Virus record (IMG/VR): IMGVR_UViG_3300025413_000008
From: a virus
Lineage: Duplodnaviria; Heunggongvirae; Uroviricota; Caudoviricetes
Reading direction: 5' to 3' (one strand)
Length of the DNA: 64,000 nt
Shown here: positions 43,316 to 58,300 of the stretch, piece after piece
How the letters are laid out: the number at the start of each line of letters is the position of its first letter
Numbering within the stretch: position 1 is the first letter of the stretch
Made by a program: the position numbers and the translations under genes
Notes under the pieces: model-generated
Told to the model about the DNA's origin: nothing
Seen by the model: the letters and a program-made list of their open reading frames with translations, nothing else
Databases searched by the model: none

Positions 43316-46300
43316 TTAAGTTATATCCACTTCTAAGAATGTTGCAGGAATAGTTTGACTAATCTGCAATGGATCACCAAGTGTTGGGTTGTATACATAT
43401 GAATTCCATGTCTGGTTATAGTAAGTATCTGGCAATTTGTTTGCTGACAATATGCTGAATACATCAGCATATTCCGGAATATATACCTGTGCGCCTGTGC
43501 CATTTGCCCCACGCTGCAATCCACCAAGTGTATTAGTTACAGTATTGACAATACTGAATTTAATTTGTTCACCATTAATATATATAGTGTTGCCTATCAA
43601 TGTAGTTATTGTCAGTGAGTTGCCCGCGTTAATATAACTGCCAGTATTAATTACTAGTTCTGGTGCCAAACCAATGATCGTGATTTGATAGTTAGAACTA
43701 CTTATATACTTTCTAGTAGTATTGTTATATACAGAAATACCGGTAATGAGTGTTTTATCTACACCAGTCAATCCTATAGTATAAACGCCGCCACTTGCTG
43801 CCGGAACTATTGATGTCTGAGTAACACTATTAGTTACTGCACGGTAATCTTGTATATAAACCAAATCACTTTCTTGATATAATGGCTGAGTCAACCAAGT
43901 TCTTGATAGGTTATTTGCTCTATATACTGATGCCTGACCTAACTCATTAATGAAGTTCATATAGATTTCACCATTCGGCGTTGCAGTCGGAATCATATTA
44001 GTCATAATTACGGCTGATCCTGATGTAATGCTCGTCAGAATTCCAACTTCATTTGATGGATACAATCTGAGGCTTGATGAGGGGACTCTATACCCATTAA
44101 TGGTAATCCATAGACGATCAGGATTATTCTGTTCCCACTGAGTTACGTTAACCACACCAGTTGCATCAGACAGGGTTACGTTTGTGCCATACTGTGAATA
44201 TGCTACACTGAATTGAGTTGGACTATAAATTGTGCTTACGTAATATACTGTTCCCTGAATCAATCCACCAAGAATATTTGTGCCATCTGCTGAACCTGTT
44301 GCAGTAAACACTACAGGAGTTCCATAATCAAGAGTAGCAGTGCTCGCCACGGTGATTACATTACTGTTTCCACCACTTGAAACCGAAGTTGATGACGTTG
44401 TAGTATCAACTAGATAATAAGAACCTGCTACCCAAGTGTATCCCCCGCTTATGTAGGATGATATTTGTGTTACTGGGTTATTGACTGCATTTAATGCAGC
44501 ACTGAATGGAGTAGTATACAAGTCAAATACATTGGTATTAATTATTCTTGCATAATATTCGTTTCCATTAAGTTGATTTGATCCTACTGTCCCATCAATT
44601 CTGATTAATTGATTTTCTGTAAAGTAGTTGGTACCGTTTGTGGTTACACGAACGGCTGGTGTTCCTCCAACAGTTACTAGCATTTCACCAGTGGCAGTAG
44701 TCACAGCAAACACGCTTCCCGGTACACCATTAACGGCAGTTGCAGAAATTCTGAATGCGGTAGAACTCACTATACTTTGAACAAAATACACAGTTCCATC
44801 TGTAGCTATTCCCCCAAAACTAGTTCCTTGGAAAGTAACTGGTTGACCAACCACGAATCCGGAAGTACTAACAACTGTGATATTATTGGTACCAGAAGTT
44901 GTTGCGTTAGATGCCGTCACCGCATATGGAGAAGTAATATTATTTGAAATACTTACGATCTGACTAACAATATTTGAATTTGTCGCAGTAATTGTTTGAG
45001 TATTTAAATATTGTCTTCTAGTATCATTAAATGTAGTGACTCCTATTTCTGACCCGTTTGATGGCGCAGAATTAAATGTAATTGTGTCGGCACTTGGATC
45101 AATTGTATAAGTGGACGGCGATGCTCGTAGTCCATTAACTTCTACAATTGCGTTAGATGGATTGCCTGCGCCAACATAGTTAGACAAAGCAAATTGCGTC
45201 TGAGAACCAGTTCCAGTAAACAATTGAGTTTCAGGTACTGTATATCCATACTGGATTGGTAACGTCTGACCAAATAATGAATATACCAGATAATCAGAAT
45301 TATTTGTATAATTTCCTGTTGAGAAAATTATCATTGCAGAAGTTCCATTTGGTTGGATACCAAAGGCATAATCATATGTTACGAACGTTGCGCCGCCTTG
45401 TTGAGTAGTCAGCGATAATACTGGACCCGATGGAGTTGCGGATATAGTAAAGGTTGTGCTACTTAATATCTGTGCCACATAATATCTTTGTAGAGGAACA
45501 ATGTCAGGTCCAAACATATTTGCACTGAAGGTGATAGGCGTATTGACTACCATTCTAGAAGTTGAATTTGTTGTTATGGCGTTAGTTCCAGTAGTAGTGT
45601 TAGTAACGATATCTGTGCCACCAGCAATTAATTTCGTACCATTATGATAAATTATTGGCGATGTCCATGTCAATCCCGTTCCTGCCTGAACAATTACATA
45701 CATGGTTCCTGTTGCATCAGTGACATCTAAAATGGGACCAGGCTGTCCAGTAGCCGAATTGAACGATGCGGATATGGTTATTGTATTGGTTGCTTTACTA
45801 ATACTCTTTACATAATATACAGTGTCTGGATTAATTCCACCAAAAGTTATCCCTTCAAATGTTATTGGTGAATTAAGAGACAGATTTGATAAATTATTGC
45901 ATAGAATTCCATTACCATTACTGATAGTCTGAGTTGCAATGGTATCAATATCATATGTACCCGGCTGTATTACACCACTTCCTTGATAGATTGGCGCACT
46001 GTAATTACAGTCTACATAGATTTCATTAAATCCGGATACCGGATCAACCCGAATAGGATCAACATTGCTATTTGATTTAATCAATTGGTTACCATTTCCT
46101 ACTTCATATACATCTAAGCGAATCGTTTCAGTAATAGGATATGGAAGCGGGTTAGTAAGAGTAAAGGTCTTATTAATCCAATTAACCGTATAATCAATGC
46201 CATTATTTAATGTTGTTCCTAGTCCGGATGCTACACCCACTGTCTGTACAAAGATTTGTGCAGGGAAATGAGCGATTCCAGCAAAACTATATGTCGCCTG

Positions 46301-49300
46301 TGTTCCGGAGGTTGGGACAAGATTCTTGGACACCACATTATACCCAGAGTGACCGTATTGTTCAATGTTCCAATCGGTTCCCGGACGAGTTGCGACCGTC
46401 ATCGCAACGTTATCTGTTACTACTCCCGGAACCAATTCTTCGGGACCGTATCCATACTGGAATGGTGCACCCTGAACATCATATGTTGGTACAGGCAGTC
46501 CAGTATTATTAAATGGCTGATCCTGTAATACCGTATCCAATGGATACTGTAGTGATGGCTGGAATTCATTACCATAGTAAATTGAGTTAGGATACGTGAC
46601 TCCATCAAATAACTGAGTTAAGTCAACACCCGGCATATTTGTTGTAGGGGCATAATAACCAATTACTCTATCCATTGCATTCAATCGTGGATCATCAGAG
46701 TCAAGAATTTGCCATTTACCTATTACAAAGTTTTTGTCATTATTTGAAACAACGCAGATGTATACTCTGCCGTTAAATTTAACAATTGATTGATTAAAGA
46801 AGAATGGTTCAGGCAAGAATGCAAAACTTCCAGCTTTGGCAATAGTGAAGTTTGTGTTTGCAGTTGATGTAACCGTAATGGCGCTTCCACCCGGAATTGT
46901 TGTTACCTGAATTTGAGTGCTGTTAAGAATTGCAGAAATATAATATGTCAAGTATGGAGAGATATTAGAAACTGCAGTACTAGTATTACCAGTAAACACA
47001 ACTGCATCATTAACACTAAATTTAGAAGTATCAGAAATTGTCAATGAATTATTTGATACAGTGACCGAATTTACAGTATCAATCGTAAATCCACCAAAAC
47101 CAAGATTTATTCCACTTACCGGCACAGTCATTGATGGGTTAGCATATACTTCAACTTGATTTGGGGATATCACTTTTAAGTAGCATGTCAGTGATGGATA
47201 TGGCACGATTCCAGAACAGATTACGCTCGTGATTCCTCCAGAAGAGTTAATATTATTAACCTGCAATACTGCATCATTTAATGGCGTTGTTCCACCAAGG
47301 ACCGTTCCACTGATTGTAATAGTATTGTTTAGCGCAAACCCTGATCCAGCACTAGTGATTATCGCCCTGTATCCACCTAAAATATACGACATATCAAATG
47401 TAGGAGTTGAAGTTATGTATTGATTCAACACCGAACCCGTTGTGGAGTTGCTTAAAGTTACTGGTGGGCCACCCGCAGTTGCAGAAACAGTAATATATGG
47501 ATCACCAACCCCTGTCATAGTACCATTGTCTGTAGTTAGTGTGAGAGTTGCACCACCTTTAGTCAAAGACACAGTAAAGTGAGTTGAATCGGCAATGCTA
47601 GATACAAAATACTGCTTGCCAGTTAAGATGCCACCAAGTCCCTGTCCAGAAAATACGATTGACATGCCAACATACATATATGATGTGTCGTCGCCCGTTA
47701 GTAGATTTCCGTCAGATGATGTTCCGGTAACATTTACTTGAATATTATTCACCCCGGTTTGACCAGAATATGTCAATACATAATATGTAGTATTAGATGA
47801 AAGACCACCAATGGCAGTTGCAAACTGAATTGGCATATTAACATAGAACAAATCAGTCCCACCAGAAACAGAATCAATAGCAACAATATTATTACCGTTA
47901 GCAACGGTTGCATTTACGTTTCTCTGAATCAGATTTCCAACAATACCGCTAGTAATATTCGGATATTGACCAGATGTTCCGTACAGTGTAAATTTTTGAC
48001 CATTTATTTGTCCGGGACTTACTGGCAGCGACACGTTCATGGTCATTGCACCAGTATCCGTAGTTAATTGAACACTATCAATTTGGTCGGTAATCAATGC
48101 TGTTCCAGTTGCATTTGACAACGTAAGGATAGAACCATTAATATACTGGGAAATCTGCATCGTTGTACCACTGAGAATATTACTTACATAGTAAGTAGTA
48201 CCTGCCACAATTCCACCAAATGCGGTTACAGGGCTTCCCGAAATAGTCATTTGCGTAAAGATAATCGGATCGTTTACATTAAATTGGAATGTGCTTCCCA
48301 CAGTGATGACATTAGTACTAGATGCTGTTGATGTCATTGTAGTAGTCAGCGGGTTTTCATTTGCAGAAATTGTAAATGTCTGTTGATCAATTACTGTGCT
48401 AATATAATAAACTTGATTTTCTACGACTCCTCCAATCACACCGTCACTGAAAAATACTGGAAGATTTTGATAGAAACTGCTTGTTCCACCAGTTCCAATA
48501 ACACTAGTTGGGACAGTCAGATAATTGGTTCCTGAGGTAGTATTAGTAACAGTCAATATTCCGGGATAATTTATATCAAGAACCGCAGTATCAACAATCT
48601 GAGCAGTCAGACATGTCATTGGTATTGAGCCTATGGTTGCCGTAGTTAAAGAAACTACGGAACCATTTTGTGTTGCGGAGACTGTAAATGCAGTTTCACT
48701 TATTACTTGCGCAACATAATATTCTTGATTGGCCACTAATCCACCAATCACTGCACCATTAAACTGGACCGGCATACCGACATAAAATCCAATTGTCGTT
48801 CCCGAGGCATTTGGTTCAGGATTAGATGGGTTGTTATTATTGTCTTGTGGAATTAAGGTGATAGCATTATTGCTACTGCTTGTGCCACTAACATATCTAA
48901 TGGTTGATGACCAATCAGTTTGTCTATTATTAGCCACGCTAACAATTTCAAATACTGCGCCTTGTGCCGATGCCAAGATTCCAGAAATAGATGGATTGAC
49001 GCTTTCTAATTGAATGGAAGAACTTGATACTTGGTTAATATTCAAGTAGTTTCCAGCAAAGAATGATCCATAATACTCACCGGCTTTCCAATCAATTACT
49101 TGAGATTTGTAAGTTGTTCTGTCAAACTTAACGGTAATATTATTTTCTCTTATAGGATAAGATGTTGAAATGGCATATGCCCGTGCACCTAAGTTAAAAC
49201 TTAAAGTGTTGGTTGTTCCCTTATCATATATCTGAATTCTATTTTTATCATTTATAGCATCGCGATATGAAGAATACAATGCAATAACAGAGGTTGGGTT

Positions 49301-52300
49301 CGTCTGTAACACATTTACATAATACCATTCGTTATCTGATAGCAGTCCGATACCAACCTTATCAGCGCCAGCCTTATATTGGATTACGTTACCTGTCTGT
49401 AAGTTAGGTGCATAAACAACCACAGTATGTAATAAAGAGTTGATTGCAGTATTGGTAAATGAAATTGTTGTTGACGGATCAATTACAATTTCTGGTGTGA
49501 TGGCATAGCCCTCACCCGGATTAATTACATCAATATTTAATACGGAATCAATGCCCATAACCGCTTGTAGTTGTGCGGGAACTGTTGGAGGCGGATAAAG
49601 GGTTGTATCAATATATGCCGTTACCTTTGGAGTATTTACATATCCTGCGCCACCGTTCAATAGAACTACCGGAGGAAGATTTATTGTGATTTTTGCGCCC
49701 GGAAAATGATTGGACACTGTAGTTCCATTATATCCTCTTGTTAGACCAGCAATAAGATTCAGTGACGTATCAACCGCACTATATTGAATCTGTTCATTGT
49801 CAATAGTTAGAATACCATTAATAGGAAAACCATTGGCATTTTCAACTATCATGCTATTTGACTTTAAATCCATATATGAAGTTAATGTAGTCATCAAGTA
49901 GTCTGGCTGACCGGTCAATGATACTCCATAGTTCTGTTTCCATTGAGTATATGGTGCAGTTGACCAAATGCTGTCAGTATTAGCATATTCATATTCATTA
50001 CTTGGTAAACCATACACAATCTGGGGAGATATAAATTTTTGATAAGTGCTATTATATTGTGCAGGAAGGTCAAAATCTGTCAGATTTCCTACATAATCTT
50101 CATTTCCTTTATAATCATATAAGAAATCTTTGATCAATACATGATATGGTTTAGTTTCATTAATATAGCCACTCAAGAAATCAAAATTATCTGTTACATA
50201 ATTTTCATATGGCAGAAGTTCACGAAGAGTGTGCTGTACATCAAGTAATGATGTTTTATTTAACCATGGCAAGAAATTTTGGGATTCTACAGTTTCACTC
50301 TGAATGTATTCAAACATCAGAATTAGGCTTGAATTTCTATACTGAAGTAAGTCTTCAGTAAAGATTTGTTCATTTAGTGCGCGGATAATATAATATGTCT
50401 CTTGACTTGGATAGTCGTCATATACGCCAGTATCAAAGAAGTTTCCATCCCATCCAAACTGACCGCTTGCATAATCCCACAATGTAGAATTAAACTGAAT
50501 GGTACCATTCTGAAGTCCGACACGAGTCCATACACCATTACCATCATAGCGATAAGTTTCAGTATTACCATTTTTACTTTGTAATACAGTAACAATAGTT
50601 CCTGAAGATACATTTAATGTTTTTAGATCAGCATAATATGGAACCTGATAAAGCGATTTGGTATTATTGTCGTATCCAGCAGCCCACCAATTTGTATATG
50701 ACCAATAATCTGACGTAGTGTAATATTCACCTGAGGCAAACAAAAACGTAGAGTCCGGTCTTAGTTCAGCGATGGGATATTGAATTAAAATACTATTAGC
50801 ATATGTTAAATAGTTGTTAAGTGCTAAAAATCTGTCATAAAAGAAACTTTGTCTTGGATGGGACATTACGCCAGACTGCACCGCAAGTGGCAAGAATGGG
50901 TCAGGAACAACTGCTCCGGATTTATCACATCCGGAAAATGAATACAATAACCTTTCATACAATGCAGTAGGAATTCCTGTATAATTAAAATTATTTCCAA
51001 ATGTCGCGACTGTTGTCTGTCTTTTCACTATAGGAGGAAAACCGGTCAGGAAACTTTTAGGATCGCCCTGATTAATAAGTGCAAATTCTTCATGTGAGAC
51101 GTCTTGTGCCTTTGCAGTTGAATATCCGATATGAAATATTGAATCTTTTCCGTTAAAAAATGTAGATGCATTATAAAGCCCAATCGTGTTTGGAGACAAT
51201 GGGGCAACAAATGGAATACCGGACGCAGACGGATTTGCAATATATGTGGATACAATTGAATCTGATAATGATTTATTTCTCTGATCAAATATAATATTAG
51301 TGTTGCGTACCCAGAAATAATAAACTGGAGAAACAACGTTTGAAGAATTCAATACGCTTGCAACGCAATATTTATTGATATCATATACGCTGCCTGAACC
51401 ACTATATTTATTTGGCGGAGAGAAACTTGCTACCCAAGTATATACTGCGACATCTGAACCCGGAAATACCGATCCCCAATATTTACTATTGTATGTTACA
51501 TCATTTTGGTGATAGTTTACCCATCGGATATTAGTTACATCCAACCAAAGCTGACCGACTTGTGCAGTGCCCCACATGTTACCATTGTTATTAGCAAGAT
51601 TGCTATTGTATGATGCAGGGTCAACGCTTGTAACGTAATCCAGATTTTCGCGGGCTGCACCAAGCAACTTGCCCTGTAATGGGTCCATGTAATCAAAGTT
51701 TACAAGGGTCTGGTTGCTTGTTGCACTGTAAAGTTGTGAGTTCTGAATGGAGTTGATATCAACCACTGGTGCAGAATTTCTATATACGGACCAGACTGGA
51801 ACACCTGTTGGGTTTGTATATACCAGAACTTGACCATTATTTACACCAGTCAAGAAGTTTGGAGTTCCAATAACAATTGTGTTATCGTTAATATCAAGAG
51901 CAGTACCATACATAGGCGAGTTACCATATGATGTTGAATTGTCATTGACACTCTGAGCGTACACATATTGTCCCGGTGTTGTCAAGCTTTCATTATAATC
52001 AGCAAGATACTGGAAGAGATAGACTGCGCCTGCATTTGGATATGAATCAACAAATTGAGTTGCATTATTATCAAATACGGTATCGTTGCTTAAATTAAAA
52101 GCATCTACAAAATCAAATAACGTGCCTTCGTAACGAGTGTCAGTTGGTGCTGAAACCACCATATTATTGAACGCGTCAATTTTAATACTAGTACCAAATT
52201 GTGTTGGACCAGAAGCATATGGACACTGTAGTACTTGTGTTTCTGTGTATGGCTGGAAGCCCAATTCAGAAAATGCAGTAGTATTAAATGCAGTGATTAC

Positions 52301-55300
52301 TAACTTTTTATTAACTGGCGCAATTGCACTATCAATGCACTGAATAATAATATTATTATTACTAGTGGCAGCAGCCTGAATATTAATCAAACCTGAGGTA
52401 TTAATTGCATTAGCAACCTGAATTGCCGTCCATCCAGAAGAAAGATTTACCGCATATCCGTTGATCAGAACTGTTGTTGAAGAAACAATATTACATCCAG
52501 TAGTCCCAACGACAACACCATACTTGGCACCACCATTTGAAAACTTATAAACTGCTCCTTCTTGACCATTAATGTCACTTATTTCAAATGGCGATCCAAC
52601 AAGAATATCAGAACCGCTATTAGCATTTGCGACAGCATAACCAAAGTGAATTCCTGTTCGGTCATGATAATTGGAATTAAATGTCTGAGCTAAGAAAAAC
52701 TTACTGTCATTGACATTTAAAATATCACCAGCATTTAAATTACTATAATAATATAAGTTGGTGCCAATTATTGCATAGTTACTATCATCAACAATCGTGC
52801 CGTTAACAGATACATACAGTGGTGTCACTTGAACATAAACATTTACGCCAGTTAATGACACACTATTTAAATCTACTACAGTTGTGGTAATACGGCTTGT
52901 TTTTATCGTAATATTGTTACCTGATATAGAAGCGATGTAGTATACTCGCGCGGCATTGATACCAGTTCCAGCCAATGACGCACCAGTGAAGGCTATTGGG
53001 GTATTTACGGCATATGCACTCATGCTCGTGCTGCATGTGATTGTATCATTGGATGAGTTTGTAGCACTAGCAGTAATAGTAGCGGTCGCGACAGGAGTCC
53101 AAGCCAACGGGAACACTGATGTCTGGTTAGGAACTTGACCTGATTGCACTTGGAAATTCTGTTCAGTGCGATTCAATACAGACACTTGTCCCCAATCTTC
53201 AATAGTCATGCTATAATTTTTGAGTGGCGCTCCAGCAATCAATATGCTACCGTCTTGATTGGTTGAAAGAGAGGCGCTGAAATTATCCCCCGAAGTATAC
53301 CCATAGGTTGATCCAGTGATTTCACTTGCATAGCGATATGTTACTTGAGTTGCGGTACCTGATCCAGTGCCCGCTCCAGTGGCAATAAAGGTGATTCCGA
53401 CCGCATTATATGAAGCGCCAATTGCCGTGAAATCTGTTGAACCAAGTTCGGTAATTACATAAGTCTGGCCTGTATTAAAATATCCAGCCTGCAAAGGAAT
53501 ATTGTCTCTACGATAAACGTAGATGTTGTTGTTTGTAATATCGGAAATGTAAATCCAGTTTGCATCACCAGAAATTGCTACTGCACTGCCCCAGTTGGTT
53601 ACCCCACCCGGCGCTGTGATGGCACTCTGATATTGAATCAGGTTGTCACCTAATGGACTATTATTAAGTGTATAAATGAATACCTCAGGCGTTCCTGTGG
53701 GCTGAGATACGACATAGATATCGTTTGATGCGGAATACGAAATTTCAGAACCAAATGATGTTCCGTTAGTAATTGTCTGGTAAATTTCATATTCTTGAGT
53801 TAATGAATTGAGTACATATCTATAGACATTTCCTGCGGCAGCATCGCCAACAAGATATCCGATATCAGGAGTGTAGGCAACTGCTGAACCAAATGTGGAG
53901 GTTGATACCGGTTGATTAAGAAGTGTGTTCTGCATAACATAGTTGTTAGCTTTAAGCAATACCGCCCAATTACCATCAACATTGTTATCTACCCATACCA
54001 AATTATCAATGAAGTCTGCCTGAGTGAGATTTAGATTTCCAATATCGGATGGATTAGTTACACGATGTGACTTAAATGTCAACCCGATACCTAATCCCTG
54101 AATTGAATTTTGTGTAGTATTATTAAGGTTTAAATTAATTACCGCTTCATATATACTTGGAACATCAATGACAATATAATAACCATTTACGTTAGATGCA
54201 AAATTCACAATAGACAAAGACTGCAATCTAGCCAAATTGTGAGGAGCACTAAAAGTTAATGTTACGGTAGAATTGTTATTATTACGAACCTGTAATATCT
54301 GTCCGACAACCTCCCAAGAATAAACTCCCCAATCCTGCATAAAGTTTGCCAACCATGCATATTGTCCGACATAAAAATTCTGAATTGGCACTATAGCGCC
54401 ACTGGAATTGGTTGCACGGGGAAGACCTGCATAATAGTAAGATGCTAGTGTTATATCGTTGAAGTTTACAAACCCAGCATTTGGGTATGTGTTATTCACT
54501 GAAGGATTAGAGGTTACAGGCAAAAAATTAGGAGAGGAAATAGGAGTACCATAGTTGTACAGCGTATTCAATGGAATCTCTTGCATTGCGCCGTTAGTAT
54601 TAATGGTTCCGTCTGTTAAACTTACAATTGATGGGTCTCCCGTCATGTCACGAGCATTGATGGAAAAATCAATAAAATTATTATTTAGAGTTCCGCCAAA
54701 TTTTCCGGACAGTATTGACCATATTTCATTGACTGAATAGTTGATGCCACCAGTTGGTAAATTTGCACCTTCAAATGCACTTACTGAATTTAAAGTTCCT
54801 TTATTAATAATCAGATTCTGATAAACCTGAACTTGAGCAACATTAGTTAAATCAAGCAATGCCAAATAATCTCTTGGTCGGTAGCCAATCAGTGAATACC
54901 CAAGTGTGTCGGCATCATCATGAAGGTTTGCTTGATTGATATCATAAAATAATGTGCTTTCATATGCCCTCGTTGATGGATTTGAAAGCATGCCAATTTG
55001 GATTGCTTCGTAATTGGTCAATTTCCACTGAGATGGATTAAATTGAGTTGCAGGATTTACCACAACTTGTGCCTGATAATAATTGTTCTTATAAAGCACT
55101 ACCGAACCCCGCGTATATTTCACTGCTGGGTCCCATTCTTGCACATTATCCTGATTGAGAATAAATCCACCAGCATACATTGTCCCGTTCCATTCAGCCG
55201 ATTTTTCTCCACGAAGGAAAATGCGGTCTTGTCTTAGTCCGGTCACTAAGTTATAGATTACGTCATTGAATAATGTAAAATTATTAAACACAATACCGTG

Positions 55301-58300
55301 CTCAAAGTTACTGATATCAAATTGTCCGTATGCCATAGCATCGCCAACATTTTGTGTTTTAACACTAAACAAATTGTTATTACGAAATATTGCTAAATCT
55401 TTATTTTCAATAGGATAAAGATTTTGATTCAGGATGAAATTTTGGTCCTGAATGGTCAACGGTTGAACCAGTAGATTCTGTGGACTAATTTCCAATAAGC
55501 CTGCTGCAGGATTCAATGTAATAATGCTGCCAATATTCCATCCAGTCTGTGCCCAATAAAGAAACTCTTGGATCATTTGCGTCCAAGTTACTTGTATGCC
55601 ATTCTGAATGTCATTAAATAACATTCCTTGTGTTTCAAGATATTTACCATAACACATTAAAAATTGCGCAAGGTCTTGTGCATTGTAGAATTTTGTCCCA
55701 TATGGGACGATATCTGTTTGAGTGGCAGAATAATTTCTATATAAATTTACGGAAATATTTTGAACTGTAAGATTAGTTGTTCCTTTTCCTATCAATGGAT
55801 TCGCAATGGTAAAATAAGCATAAAGTTGTGAATTCCCATATACTGTCCAGTACCCATCATTCTGCTGCACTATGACGCCACTATACATTATTCTGTCTGA
55901 CGGTTGATTATTGTACAGTAGAATTTTGTAACTTTCGTCTGGAATTAATAATGACGAATTGTTACTGTTAGGTGATCCTTTTTCTACATAAAACTGTAGT
56001 AAATTTTTATCACTAAATCCGGCTAAACGATAAACCAGTCTTACATCCAAATTATTCAGCAACGTAGTAGTGTCAGCAGTAGCATCAATTCCCTGCTGCT
56101 TCTGATAATCTACAATCCAGTTAATATAACTTGTTTTAGCAGTACCATTACCATATATTTCAATATTGGATAGTACTAAGTGACTTCTGTTATTAACGAG
56201 ATATTGGTTAAAATCAGAATTATATTGGTAGTTGTCCAAGTCGACTCCCAAGTTGAAAAATTCAGCAGGACGAGTCAGAGCGTAAATTTTCATAAGGTCA
56301 AATGGATAAGTTGAACTGCGACGATATGAAAATTCTGTTGGAGCATCATCTCCTACAGCCCAGTCTTTTTGGAAAGTGCTTGGGTTGTAGTTTCCAATAA
56401 TTGATTGAAATGGTGAAAGCAATGTGCCATTCGTGTCAACTGGAATTATTTTTGACAGTCCGGGGCGGGCAAATTCCGTATTGATATACGGATTGCCATT
56501 GTTCCATATATAACCTGCTTCAAGATCACCCCAAAGAATACCATTATCGCTTGTATATGGTAGTGGACCATAGCGCGTTGTCCACCATGTTGGTTCATTG
56601 GCAAATCCGAGCATTTCCCAAGGAGTTTGATCAGGAGTTGTTGTATCGTAAAAGTATTCATACACTCCTCTCCAATATCCTTGTTGAATAGGAGCATTAT
56701 TCAGTCTATTTGCTGAATTAGTATAATTATATGTTAGAGTATTACTGCTATTATAATATTGCGTCTTGTAATCTAAACGATTCTGTCCAACCCAATTTAG
56801 GAACAATGGACTATAGATAGACATGAAGTCTTTATAGCTATATGTTGGATTTCTAAAGAAACCGGGTACGATTTCAAATTTTGAAATTGGAATCTTGGTG
56901 CTTAATTTCAAATTATTAAACACTCTGTTTTCAAATTCAAATAATGCCTGATCTCTGAAATCGGTGAGTACACCCAGAATCTGATCATAAGTTCCATAAA
57001 GTTTAGTATATGATCCATCGTGTCCCTTTATGAACCATGTCGGATTTGTGTAATTAGAGTCCAATACAATGGCAGGCTGAAATGCAGGGTATAGTCCCAG
57101 TTTTGTAGGAGTATTTGGCGCATATGATCCATATGTTTGATTATACTCTTTAATAATAATTTGATCCCCTGCCTGTAGGTTAATCAACACTTCTAATGAT
57201 GGTGAATCCGTATTAATTACGTAATCGACGCCAGACAACAATTGCTTTTCAACGGTAACGCCAGTAATATTGGTAATATGATAAACCAATACTCCATTAT
57301 AGTTCGCAGTTGCAAAATTATATATTTGACTTAGTGGATAAAATGTACTACTTGACAAATTATTAAATGTGTATGTATTTGACACGTATGGCGTCTGAGA
57401 CGGCAGCATGTCTGACCAAAAGAATGACTGGTCGCGGGTTTTTGCAGCAGTGATTTTTTGCAATGCCACATCTAAAATTTGTGAAGGCGTATAACGCTGT
57501 ACATAGTCAGTGTTCTGAACGGTATTAACAATCAACTGTTTATATGTAATGTATTCACGGCTGTTATACAGAAGAGCATCAAATATATTATATCTAGGTG
57601 AGCGAAGGAATGCTCCCGGCAAGACAAGAGAGGCAGAATTCTGAATAATCTTCGTTCCATATGGCAAAAGATTACCTAAATCTCTGTAATTGTTGGCTCC
57701 AAAAATTGGACCCGTTGTGTTTGGGGCATTAATGTATATGTCTTGATATTGGTCGCGAATATCACCCATATTAACGATGGCTAAATCTTCGTTAAATGGA
57801 TTATTATTTAAGTTGATTGGTATATCATAATAAGCCAAGTTACTTACTTGGTCACTAAGTACCAGAATTTGTATTACAGTTTTTGCAGTCGGAACATTTG
57901 CAAGTGTTATAGTAGTTGTAGTAGGACCAACACTAACAGTATAGTTGTTTGGGTTTACATATGTGTTATTTATGTATACTTTGATCGTTGGCCAACCGGG
58001 ATTATCTGATGTTGGTTCACTGAGAGCAGCAACATCACATACAAATGATGTAGTTGTGTTAACCAATGGATCAAAATTGTAATTAAATACTTGATACTGC
58101 ACACTGTCAGCGATTGCAGTTTGCCAACCTAGCTGTTTTACTTCCATGGCAATATCAGTATAATTATATACGTAACCAATATTTACCTTTTCTGTAATTG
58201 GGGTAGTGCCATTAATATACGAAAATGTGTCATTGTTCAATGACACATCAAAGCTGATGTCACCAATATTATTAATGTTACTGTATCTTACTGGGAATCC